This document shows, piece by piece, positions 8,970 through 17,216 of a DNA stretch of 32,000 bases (positions within the stretch are counted from its first letter, which is position 1; each line of letters begins with the position of its first letter). The stretch is from Dehalococcoidia bacterium. Its GTDB lineage: Bacteria; Chloroflexota; Dehalococcoidia; Lucifugimonadales; GCA-2712585. The stretch lies in NCBI GenBank assembly GCA_965226535.1, contig CBDDDE010000010.1, positions 1,054,140 through 1,086,139 on the forward strand, in the 5' to 3' direction. The notes beneath the pieces were generated by a model, which saw only the letters and a list, made by a program, of their open reading frames with translations, was not told the origin of the DNA and made no database searches. The translations under genes were made by a program, and so were the position numbers.

Positions 8970-10629
8970 TCTTCCTCTCGTCTAAAATTCGACCACCCAT
9001 TTGTCTAGCTGCTCTTACCAGGACGCTGTTCATTGAGGCCGGACCACTGTTGTTGGCGTCGCCATGAAGCGTTAGCTTGACCTCATAGGGTTTTCCCAAG
9101 AACTGCTGAAGTGCCTTTTCAACGGCCTCCCTGCCTTCAACCTCCTCTAACTCGCTCTCCATGCGCTCCTTGTTGGAGCGATGACTGAAGGGCAGCACCA
9201 CGGCGCCGTTATGGATCTCAGGCGTCTTGCAGTCCTTCAGAAGGGCTCCTAGGAAGAACCGTTTTCCCTTCTGACGTCGCAGTACCTGAACAATCTGATT
9301 CCAGACTTCCACGGGCAGCTGGGCGTCGTTGCCCGGGGTTGATGGGGCGGTCGCCGGGGCGTCCGTGGGCTTCGCCGGAGCGACGGTTGCCTCGGCGGGC
9401 GGCGGCGTTCTACTGGGGCGGCCTGCATTAGCGGCGGGGACCCTTCCGGGGGGCCTAGGCGCCTGATTTTCTCTGCGGTAATTTCGGGATGGAGTGTCCC
9501 TTGTGGGGGGCGATGGCGTCTTTTGGACTGCATTGGATTGGGTGGGCTGTGATTCCTCAGCTAAAGACGCTTCCACAACCGCCAACTCTAGGGGCAGGGT
9601 GCTGGTTGCGTCCAATCGCATGTTGATCTCGCCCAGTGCCTTGAGGCAGCGCATCACCTTGCCGAATTGCACTTTCTTGGCCAAGGCTTCCATTTCATTA
9701 AGGGTCTCGGCTTCTATATCTAATGTATCGGCCGCTCCAGACTTGACCATCAGGACGGCTCGCAGCAACTCGACGGCTTGGCGATGCACCTGCCTAAGGT
9801 CAACACCTTCCTTGGACGCTCGTCCAATGACGCCCAGGGCTGCTGGCGTATTTCCCAATAGGAAATGGCCTACCAGGGCCTGGGCCTCCTGAGTGTGGCC
9901 CAAGCCGAGCATATCCCTAAGGGAATGCAGTTCCAATTTCTGGCCAAAGGATACTACTGCTTGCTCCAGGAGATTCTCGGCGTCTCGAAGGCTGCCGCCG
10001 GCAGCTCTGGCCAGCGCTTCCAGGGTCTTGGGATCGGCCTCTACGCCTTCCTGCTCGCAGATGAATATAAGCCTCTTCACGATGGTTTCCGACGATAGTC
10101 TCCGGAAGTCAAAGCGTTGGCACCTGGAAATAATCGTCGGCAGAATTTTGTGGGGTTCGGTGGTACACAGAATGAAGATAACGTGGGGCGGCGGCTCCTC
10201 TAGGGTCTTGAGAAAGGCGTTGGAGGCGGCCTCCGTCAGCATGTGTGCTTCATCTACAATGTACACCTTGTACTTATTCTCAACCGGAGAAAAGTTCACC
10301 TTGTCTCTTATGCTGCGTATCTCGTCAATGCCGCGATTGCTGGCCGCGTCCATTTCGATAAGGTCTAAAGAGCGGCCCAAGTCCACATTTTTGCAATGGG
10401 CACAGAGATTGTCCGGCTCTCCGTCTTGAGGTGCAAGGCAGCTCAGGGTCCTGGACAGCACCCGGGCGGTGGAGGTCTTACCGGTGCCCCGGGGACCACA
10501 GAAAAGGTAGGCGTGAGATACCCGGCCTTGTCTAATGGCTTGCTGCAAGACCGTGGTGACGTGATCCTGCCCTGCGATATTTTGGAAGCTGCGAGGCCGC
10601 CACTTGCGATATAGCACCTGGGTTGACAT
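8959..10629 (-). CDS. dnaX: DNA polymerase III subunit gamma/tau
   Basis: YRKWRPRSFQNIAGQDHV, Walker A GPRGTGKTS, DEAHML, SRCQRF. Pro-rich linker, then a tau-like C-terminal domain. Confidence 0.95.
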   Translation of the reverse strand: MSTQVLYRKWRPRSFQNIAGQDHVTTVLQQAIRQGRVSHAYLFCGPRGTGKTSTARVLSRTLSCLAPQDGEPDNLCAHCKNVDLGRSLDLIEMDAASNRGIDEIRSIRDKVNFSPVENKYKVYIVDEAHMLTEAASNAFLKTLEEPPPHVIFILCTTEPHKILPTIISRCQRFDFRRLSSETIVKRLIFICEQEGVEADPKTLEALARAAGGSLRDAENLLEQAVVSFGQKLELHSLRDMLGLGHTQEAQALVGHFLLGNTPAALGVIGRASKEGVDLRQVHRQAVELLRAVLMVKSGAADTLDIEAETLNEMEALAKKVQFGKVMRCLKALGEINMRLDATSTLPLELAVVEASLAEESQPTQSNAVQKTPSPPTRDTPSRNYRRENQAPRPPGRVPAANAGRPSRTPPPAEATVAPAKPTDAPATAPSTPGNDAQLPVEVWNQIVQVLRRQKGKRFFLGALLKDCKTPEIHNGAVVLPFSHRSNKERMESELEEVEGREAVEKALQQFLGKPYEVKLTLHGDANNSGPASMNSVLVRAARQMGGRILDERKIDE

Positions 10630-10635
10630 GGTGTG

Positions 10636-10644
10636 ATTTTACCA
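10636..10644 (-). promoter_or_regulatory. Extended -10 (TGgTAAAAT) directly upstream of the dnaX start; leaderless-type
   Basis: The minus strand reads ttgcTGgTAAAATcacaccATG. Only 6 nt separate the -10 from the ATG (10629), and there is no SD. Confidence 0.45.
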
Positions 10645-10733
10645 GCAATGGAGTGTCTCTGCCCGCCTGAGCTTAGAATAATGACATTGATGTGTCACCA
10701 TTTCCATGGGGTTGTCAATGAGTCATGCGAGCG

Positions 10734-11246
10734 CTAAAGAGAGAGGTCCTTCAGGGCCTTTTCTTGCAATTTCCACATGACATCCCTTTCCTTCTCCTCC
10801 TGGTGGTCGTAGCCTAAGAGGTGGAGTACCCCGTGGACTACAAGGAGGGCCGTCTCCCGTTCAACGCCGTGGCGGGCCTCGGCGGCCTGACGCTGTGCCT
10901 GGGCATAGGAAACCACCACCTCTCCCAAATCAGGCAGATCCTCCGACAACGCAGGGAAACAAAAATCGCTGGCATCACTTTCTGAGTGGGTCTCGGCCTC
11001 GCCCTGCCACGGCCCGGGGTATTGGCTGGAGAAAGCCAATACGTCCGTCACCTGATCAAGCCCGCGATACTCCCTGTTGAGACTCTGGATGGTTGCGTCG
11101 TCGCAGAGAGCCAAACTCACGTGGCAGGCTTGGTTAGGCAAAGCGGCGTCCAGTGCCTTGAGGACGGCCCTTCTTAGCCAGGTACGTGGCAGTGGACGGC
11201 CCAACCCCTTCTGGATGCTTATCTCCACCCGCCGTTTTTTTGCCAT
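10734..11246 (-). CDS. ybeY: rRNA maturation RNase YbeY
   Basis: Zinc motif HGVLHLLGYDH. Start is either 11246 (MAKKRR) or 11273. Confidence 0.9.
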   Translation of the reverse strand: MAKKRRVEISIQKGLGRPLPRTWLRRAVLKALDAALPNQACHVSLALCDDATIQSLNREYRGLDQVTDVLAFSSQYPGPWQGEAETHSESDASDFCFPALSEDLPDLGEVVVSYAQAQRQAAEARHGVERETALLVVHGVLHLLGYDHQEEKERDVMWKLQEKALKDLSL

Positions 11247-11345
11247 GAACTGCTCGCCCACCGATGTTAACATGGGCTTCAGGGCGTGGGAAGGAGGATG
11301 TTGAGTCTGTCATCCATCATACATATTCTATCCATTGTACCTAAA

Positions 11346-11374
11346 TTGACACCTTGCCTACCCCTGTTTACAAT
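11346..11374 (+). promoter_or_regulatory. Sigma70-type promoter for the sdh operon: TTGACA, 17-nt spacer, TACAAT
   Basis: TTGACA at 11346..11351 and TACAAT at 11369..11374. Confidence 0.55.
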
Positions 11375-11433
11375 TAGCCTTATCCCCAGGCTTGGGGTAT
11401 ATATACTCCTTCCGGGCATTAAGAGGAGGGTCA

Positions 11434-13104
11434 TTGCCACAGCATGATGTTATTGTAATTGGTGGTGGCTTTGCCGGACTCCGGGCCGCCCTTGCAGCCC
11501 GGGCATCGGGCACCGACGTAGCCGTGCTATCCAAGGTCCATCCCATGCGGAGTCACTCTTCCGGGGCACACAGCGGTATCAACGCGGCTCTCAAGCCCGG
11601 CGACTCCTGGGAAGCCCATGCTGTGGACACCATCAAAGCCGGTGGTTACCTCTGTGACCAGAAGGCCGTTGAGGTGCTTTGCCAGAGCGCTCCTGAGGAC
11701 GTGGTCGCCCTGGAACACATGGGGGTTATCTTCAATCGCGACGGGGACGGGCGCATTGACGTTATGCCCTTCGCCGGGTCATCCCACCCCCGCACCTGCT
11801 ACGTGGGGGACTCGGCGGGACACGTCATTTTGCAGGTCCTCTATGAACAGATTGTTCGCTCGGACGTCCCCACCTATGACGAGTGGTTTGTTACCTCCCT
11901 GCTGGTGGAGGATGGCATGTGCAAAGGTGTCATAGCCCGGGACTTGAAGAGCGGAGACCTGCAGCCCCTCCACGCTAGGGCAGTGGTCATGGCCACCGGA
12001 AATCTAGGGAGAATGTACGCTTCCGGTACCTGCTCCCTCACCGGTACCGCCGACGGCGTTGCCCTTGCATACCGTGCCGGCGTGCCCCTGATGGATATGG
12101 AGATGGTTCAGTACCACCCAACCACCCTCACAGACCGCGGCATACTCGTTACCGAGGCGGCGCGAAGTGAGGGCGCATATCTGGTTAACAAAGACGGCGA
12201 TCGTTTCATGGGCAACTATGATGCTGAGGCCATGGAAATGGCCAACAGAGATATATGCGCCCGTGCGGTCCAATCCGAGATTCAGGACAAACGTGGCGAC
12301 GATGGCCACGTCTTCTTGGACCTTCGGCACCTGGACAAGGGACGCCTATCGGACCGGCTGCGGGAAACCCTGTGGCTGTTGAAAGACTTGGAAGACATTG
12401 ACCCTTCCAAGGACTTGGTGCCCGTTAAACCCGGAATGCACCGGCCAATTGGCGGCATCCAGGCAGACTCTTTCGGGGCAACCGCCATGCCGGGACTCTA
12501 TGCTGCCGGGGAGTGTGCCTCGGCGGGCGTTCACGGAGCCAACCGATTGGGCGGCAATTCCCTCTTGGAGTGCGTTGTCTTTGGCCGTCGGGCTGGGGAG
12601 TCGGCCGCCAAGCACTCCAGGGATGCTACCTGGACCCCGGTCCAGGAATCCATGGTTGCGGAACAGACCGCTGCTTTGAGCCAGCTGGCTGAAAAAGACG
12701 CAGGCAAAGACACTCCAGGTGCCATACGGCGAGAGTTGGGTGCCCTTATGGACCGTAACGTGGGTATGACAAGGGACAAGGCCGGCCTGAACGAGGCATC
12801 GACGGCTGTAGCCATGCTTAAGAAAAGGCACGCAGCCCTTGGGGTGCGGGACAAAGGCTCAGCTTATAACGTAGATATAGTCTCCGTGGCCGAGTTGGGC
12901 AATATGTTGGACGTGGCCCAAGTCATAATCGCCAGCGCCCTGGCCCGACAGGAGAGCAGAGGCTGCCACCATCGCACGGATTTCCCTCAACGAGATGACG
13001 AAAATTGGCTTAAGCGCACCGTGGCCAAGGTGTCTGGAGATGGCCCGGTCCTTGACTATGCACCCGTGGTTATTACCCAATGGAACCCCCAAGGAGGAGC
13101 CTGA
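11434..13104 (+). CDS. sdhA: Succinate dehydrogenase/fumarate reductase flavoprotein subunit
   Basis: DVIVIGGGFAGLRAALAA, RSHSSGAHSGINAAL, YHPTT, RLGGNSLLE, RGCHHRTDFP. I prefer the TTG start at 11434, 5 nt after AAGAGGAGG. The track ORF starts at 11392. Confidence 0.93.
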   Translation: MPQHDVIVIGGGFAGLRAALAARASGTDVAVLSKVHPMRSHSSGAHSGINAALKPGDSWEAHAVDTIKAGGYLCDQKAVEVLCQSAPEDVVALEHMGVIFNRDGDGRIDVMPFAGSSHPRTCYVGDSAGHVILQVLYEQIVRSDVPTYDEWFVTSLLVEDGMCKGVIARDLKSGDLQPLHARAVVMATGNLGRMYASGTCSLTGTADGVALAYRAGVPLMDMEMVQYHPTTLTDRGILVTEAARSEGAYLVNKDGDRFMGNYDAEAMEMANRDICARAVQSEIQDKRGDDGHVFLDLRHLDKGRLSDRLRETLWLLKDLEDIDPSKDLVPVKPGMHRPIGGIQADSFGATAMPGLYAAGECASAGVHGANRLGGNSLLECVVFGRRAGESAAKHSRDATWTPVQESMVAEQTAALSQLAEKDAGKDTPGAIRRELGALMDRNVGMTRDKAGLNEASTAVAMLKKRHAALGVRDKGSAYNVDIVSVAELGNMLDVAQVIIASALARQESRGCHHRTDFPQRDDENWLKRTVAKVSGDGPVLDYAPVVITQWNPQGGA

Positions 13105-13106
13105 AT

Positions 13107-13910
13107 ATGGAAGTAAAGATTGCGGTCAAACGTTACGACCCCCAGACCAATGGCAAGGGGTCTTCTCAAACTTACAGCGCGGATGTTGGCGAAGGGGCCA
13201 CCCTCCTTGACGCTCTCATCCAAATAAGGGAGGAACAAGACCCAACCTTGGCCTTCAGAGGCAGCTGCCGCACCGGGTTTTGTGGCGACTGTACCATGAC
13301 AGTAAACGGCAAGGGCGCCATTACCTGTCGTACCAAGGTGGGCAAAGCTTTGAAGGGCGCAGATGACGGGGCCATTGAAATTGCGCCTCTGAAACTAAGC
13401 AAGGTGGCCAAAGACCTGGTGTACGATGCCGAAGACTTCCACTGGGAAAAACTTAAGGCCGTGGAGCCGTGGATTGACCCCGTAGAGCCTCCTGCTGAGG
13501 GAGAGCACCTGGTATCTAATGACAAGATTCAGGACCTACGCTCCGTTATGAGCTGCACCCAGTGCGGACTCTGCGACCAGGGCTGCACCGTACTCGTGGT
13601 GGACAAGACATTTGTTGGCCCTGCCGCCCTTACCAAGGCGTACCGCACTGTTGCCGACCCCCGGGACGGCCGCACCGTTGAGCGGCTGGATAGACTGAGC
13701 CTCCGTCGCGGCATGTGGGACTGTACCCACTGCTTTGAGGCCAGCGAGCACTGCCCTAAATATATTGAACCCACCGACCGAATCTTTGACCTGCATGATA
13801 GGGCTATTAAGGCCGAGGTAGGGCCACGGAAGGTGGTGAACCACTACAAGAGCTTTGCCTCCTTCGGTGAAATCCCACGGGTGGCTGGACGAGGGGCGCC
13901 TGGCTATTGA
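13107..13910 (+). CDS. sdhB: Succinate dehydrogenase/fumarate reductase iron-sulfur subunit; main frame appears truncated by a frameshift
   Basis: 2Fe-2S motif CRTGFCGDCTMTVNGKGAITC. CTQCGLCDQGC and CTHCFEASEHCP clusters. SD AAGGAGG precedes the ATG at 13107. Confidence 0.9.
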   Translation: MEVKIAVKRYDPQTNGKGSSQTYSADVGEGATLLDALIQIREEQDPTLAFRGSCRTGFCGDCTMTVNGKGAITCRTKVGKALKGADDGAIEIAPLKLSKVAKDLVYDAEDFHWEKLKAVEPWIDPVEPPAEGEHLVSNDKIQDLRSVMSCTQCGLCDQGCTVLVVDKTFVGPAALTKAYRTVADPRDGRTVERLDRLSLRRGMWDCTHCFEASEHCPKYIEPTDRIFDLHDRAIKAEVGPRKVVNHYKSFASFGEIPRVAGRGAPGY

Positions 13911-14076
13911 GACCGAGGGCTACACTAACGTCAAAGGTTTGATGAAGCTCCTGCCCTTTGCCGCAAAAGCCGGACTTAAAGGAAAGCGCCCCTTGCCATA
14001 TATGCTGCATCGTAAGAGGCCGGGAGCCGATCGCATAAAGCGGATATTTGAAAAATGGGAGGGTGACGGCAAATGA
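13855..14076 (+). CDS. sdhB: Probable C-terminal continuation of SdhB in the +1 frame
   Basis: The frame reads ...SVKSHGWLDEGRLAIETEG...KRIFEKWEGDGK. Its TGA overlaps the ATG of the next gene (ATGA at 14073..14076). Joining it to 13107 gives about 322 codons, the size I recall for type-E SdhB/MfrB proteins. Confidence 0.55.
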   Translation: MPPSVKSHGWLDEGRLAIETEGYTNVKGLMKLLPFAAKAGLKGKRPLPYMLHRKRPGADRIKRIFEKWEGDGK

Positions 14077-14957
14077 AATACGCGTTTTATCCAGGGTGTG
14101 TGTCCCAAGGCGGCTGCCCGGAGTTGTACCCCGCCGTCATCAAAGTAGCCGACAAGCTGGGCTTTGAACTTGTGGAGATGGAAGACGTCGGGTGCACCGG
14201 CGCCGGTGTCCTTAGCCGGGAGGTTTCAGACCCCATCAACGCCCGGACCTTCGCCAAGGCCGAGGCCATGGGGATGCCCATAATGACCATCTGCAGCACC
14301 TGCCAGGGAGTTATGACCCAGGCCAACCATCGTCTCAAAGACCTAGAGTATCGTGAAATGATCAATCGTGAGTACCTGGCCGAGGAAGGTCTGGAGTATA
14401 AAGGCACCATTGACATACGCCACATGCTCTGGGCCATTGTAGAAGACTACGGCTTGGACAAGCTAAAGGAGCTGGTGGTTCGTCCCCTCAATGGACTTCC
14501 CGTGGCCCAATTCTATGGCTGCTACTTAAAGAGACCCCCGGAGCTTATGCTGCCCAAGGAGTTTGCTAAAACTCGGAAGACGGCCCTTGAGGACGTTATT
14601 GAGGCCCTGGGCGGTGTGGCCGTCAAAAGCTCCGGTAGAGGCAAGTGTTGCGGCTTCCCCATCCTTACCTCCAACGAAGCCAACTCCCTCTCCATGTGTG
14701 GCGACCATATCCTGGACGCCAAAGCCAAGGGCGCAAAGGCCATGGTTACTCCCTGCCCCCTGTGCCACCTAGAGTTGGACGGCAAGCAAGCGGACGCCGC
14801 TGCTCATAAGGGCCAGGAAATTAACATTCCGGTGTTGCACCTACCTCAGCTGGTGGGATTGGCCATGGGCTTCAGTTCCAAGGAGATGAACTTGCAGCGT
14901 CACCTAGTCTCTACCAAGCCTGTCGAGGAACGTTTGGGTCTTGAGGTGAAGGCTTAA
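14073..14957 (+). CDS. HdrB-like CCG-domain subunit of a non-classical (type E) succinate dehydrogenase/fumarate reductase (SdhE/MfrE-like)
   Basis: MKYAFYPGCVSQGGCPE...VGCTGAG, then GKCCGFP and TPCPLCHLEL (two Cys-rich CCG-type repeats). Confidence 0.85.
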   Translation: MKYAFYPGCVSQGGCPELYPAVIKVADKLGFELVEMEDVGCTGAGVLSREVSDPINARTFAKAEAMGMPIMTICSTCQGVMTQANHRLKDLEYREMINREYLAEEGLEYKGTIDIRHMLWAIVEDYGLDKLKELVVRPLNGLPVAQFYGCYLKRPPELMLPKEFAKTRKTALEDVIEALGGVAVKSSGRGKCCGFPILTSNEANSLSMCGDHILDAKAKGAKAMVTPCPLCHLELDGKQADAAAHKGQEINIPVLHLPQLVGLAMGFSSKEMNLQRHLVSTKPVEERLGLEVKA

Positions 14958-14996
14958 ACCACTCCCTTCGCGCTTGGGAGGGTCAGGAGGTTGACT

Positions 14997-15461
14997 ATGG
15001 CTAAAAGGTACTGGCTCTTCAAGTCCGAACCTATCGCCTATTCTTACGACGATTTGGTGAAGGACGGTGTGGCCGAGTGGGATGGGGTACGAAACTTTCA
15101 GGCCCGTAACATGCTTCGGGACGATATCAAAGAGGGCGACGGCGTCCTTTTTTATCACAGCACTACCAAACCCCTGGCCGTAGTGGGTACCGCTGCCGTT
15201 GTGCATAACGGCTATCCTGATTTTACCGCCTGGGACCCCGGTTCCCCGCATCCCGACCCCAAGAGCACGCCCGATAATCCCATTTGGTACATGGTTGACA
15301 TAATGGCGAAACAGCGCTTTCCCCGACCCGTTACCAGGGATATGATGAAGGCGGCCCCGGCACTGAAAGACATGATGCTGCTTCGGCGGGGAATGCGGCT
15401 TTCGATACAGCCCGTGTCCAAGCAGGAGTGGGATGCCGTTGTAGAGATGGGAAACGGGTAG
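14997..15461 (+). CDS. EVE (PUA-like) domain protein
   Basis: MAKRYWLFKSEP...WDGVRNFQARNMLRDDIKEGDGVLFYHS. SD AGGAGG ends 6 nt upstream of the ATG at 14997. Confidence 0.85.
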   Translation: MAKRYWLFKSEPIAYSYDDLVKDGVAEWDGVRNFQARNMLRDDIKEGDGVLFYHSTTKPLAVVGTAAVVHNGYPDFTAWDPGSPHPDPKSTPDNPIWYMVDIMAKQRFPRPVTRDMMKAAPALKDMMLLRRGMRLSIQPVSKQEWDAVVEMGNG

Positions 15462-15543
15462 CAGGCTTAGGCGCTGCCCGCCTTGCCACTGACCCAGCAG
15501 CGACAGGACCATCCCGCAGCTAGCGGAAGTACAAACGCTTTGC

Positions 15544-17013
15544 CTATTCAGGTTCCTTACCCGGTGGCGGTTGCGGTGTATCGTCCGGCTTGTCTTTTCT
15601 CACGCGGTGTTTGCGAAGATCAATCAATTTCCTTTTGAGAATACTTCGTTTCCTGGCCGGTGTTTGTCTTGAGCCGTCCCCGGTGCCCTTAGAGGTGCCA
15701 CTGGGCTTTTTGCTGAATATCCCTCGCCTGCCTGGCTTTTTTGATGGTGGCGGTGGTAGTGGTGCGGAGTCCGCCGTCTCGTCCGCCCTCACTATGGGCC
15801 GCCGCATTGCCGGCATTACTATGGCAATGAGCACAATCAGGCCCATTCCCACCAACGCGTTGCCGACCAAGGCTAAGCTGATGCCAAAAGCGGCAGCCAG
15901 GGCGCCAATTTCCATGTTGCCCAGCTGCCCCGTTCCAATTGCCATTCCCTGAGCGCCAAAGACCCTGCTGTGAAAGCGGGTTGGACTGGTCAGCAGCAGA
16001 ATTCCGCTCTGCATTGTCGAGAACCCAACCTGGCAGATGCCTAGGCCAATTAGGAGGAAGAATGATAGGAAGTACCACGGTGATAGGGCAAACCCTAGCA
16101 GAAACAGCGTAACGCCCAGGCAGCCGAAAATAAACACGTTGCCTTGAATTTTAACGCGAGCGCCCAACAGCCCCATAAACAGGGACCCAAAAACGAACCC
16201 TATGCCATCCGCCGCCGCCAGAAGCCCCATCAGCCCCTCGCCCACGTGCAAATGATCCGCGGCCAATACGGGGATGAACAGGTGGTACTGGAACAGGGCG
16301 TTCATCACTATGCTGGCTGTCAGCACCCCTGCAATGGGTGGCGAGGAGTAGGCGTACTTGACCCCTTCGCCAATACTCTTTAATATCGGACCCGGCGGTA
16401 GGGGGGATACCACCGGAGGCACCTTCACCAAGGAAATGCTTATAAATGAAATGACGTATAGCGCCGTAAGAAGGGAGTATACGCTTATGGCGGTACCGGT
16501 AAGTTGCAGCAGCAACCCAATGGCGATGGGACCGATAATTCTGCCGATGCTAAAGCCGATCTGTTCCATTGAGATTGCTTGTACCAGGTTGCTGGCCCCA
16601 ACAACGTGGAACATAAGGGCGCGGCGGCTGGTGTTGTCAAAGGAGCGAGAGGCCCCTCTTATTGCGGCTGCTATAAACAGGTACAGCGGCTGAATGTTCC
16701 CAAGGGCCAGCATCAGAAGCACCCCGCCGACTATTAACACGTTGGTGGCGGTTGCAGCCATTATGATGTGACGCCGGTCCCTCCGGTCTCCAACGGCCCC
16801 CGCTATCAGTGCGAAGGAGACCATGGTGACCGTTCGGCTTAGACCCAACAACGCCACGTCCCAAGGCGATCCCGTAAGCTGATACACCAGCCATCCCATT
16901 ACCAGAAGCTCGGACATGTCCCCGCTGCTGGAGATGCTTCCGTTCCACCAGAGGTGCTGGAAGTTGCGGTTCCTCAGAACTTTAAAAAGCGGGTTGTTTA
17001 TTCTGGGGCGCAA
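15544..17013 (-). CDS. MFS transporter (MFS_3/EntS-like topology) with a long basic Pro-rich C-terminal tail
   Basis: Many hydrophobic helices. N-terminus FKVLRNRNFQHLWWNGSISSSGDM..LVMGWLVYQLTGSP. TTG start at 17013 with no obvious SD. Confidence 0.8.
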   Translation of the reverse strand: MRPRINNPLFKVLRNRNFQHLWWNGSISSSGDMSELLVMGWLVYQLTGSPWDVALLGLSRTVTMVSFALIAGAVGDRRDRRHIIMAATATNVLIVGGVLLMLALGNIQPLYLFIAAAIRGASRSFDNTSRRALMFHVVGASNLVQAISMEQIGFSIGRIIGPIAIGLLLQLTGTAISVYSLLTALYVISFISISLVKVPPVVSPLPPGPILKSIGEGVKYAYSSPPIAGVLTASIVMNALFQYHLFIPVLAADHLHVGEGLMGLLAAADGIGFVFGSLFMGLLGARVKIQGNVFIFGCLGVTLFLLGFALSPWYFLSFFLLIGLGICQVGFSTMQSGILLLTSPTRFHSRVFGAQGMAIGTGQLGNMEIGALAAAFGISLALVGNALVGMGLIVLIAIVMPAMRRPIVRADETADSAPLPPPPSKKPGRRGIFSKKPSGTSKGTGDGSRQTPARKRSILKRKLIDLRKHRVRKDKPDDTPQPPPGKEPE

Positions 17014-17049
17014 GGTTTCTAGCCCAGGAGGTAAAGGGGTGTGAAGGGG

Positions 17050-17071
17050 GTTGAGTTATACATAACTCAAC
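17050..17071. promoter_or_regulatory. Perfect 10-2-10 inverted repeat; candidate operator upstream of the MFS gene
   Basis: GTTGAGTTAT-ac-ATAACTCAAC. It starts 2 nt downstream of a minus-strand TAGAAT (17073..17078). Confidence 0.4.
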
Positions 17072-17216
17072 TATTCTATCTTTATGGAAGTCCTTGCCAC
17101 TAGCTGCAGCCCTACGGGCTTTATGCAGAACAAGGGCGGTGACGCCTCAATTGCAATCTTAAGAGCCCTTGAGAAACCGCCCTTGCCACTCCTGGGCTAA
17201 TGGCCTGGCTGAGGGT

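Noticed and set aside
8959-10629. Programmed ribosomal frameshift or transcriptional slippage site in dnaX (gamma/tau)
   Set aside because: I found no A AAA AAG-type slippery heptamer and no long A run on the coding strand.
10630-10733. SRP RNA (ffs), often found upstream of dnaX
   Set aside because: The gap is only about 100 nt. Neither strand shows the conserved domain IV motif (..GGAAGCAGCC.. / GNAR tetraloop context) that I would expect.
13855-14076. A 73-aa ORF as an independent small SDH subunit (SdhF or anchor-like)
   Set aside because: It has no SD and no hydrophobic helix. Its 5' end overlaps the sdhB tail, and the combined length fits a single type-E SdhB. I treat it as the shifted C-terminus of SdhB. 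A separate conserved gene remains the alternative if homologues show one.
17100-17216. Small RNA or terminator structures downstream of leuS (AAGGGCGG...CCGCCCTT, AGCCC-tac-GGGCT)
   Set aside because: The inverted repeats are real, but the loops are long and there is no U tract or recognisable RNA family motif. I cannot distinguish these from chance GC-rich pairing.
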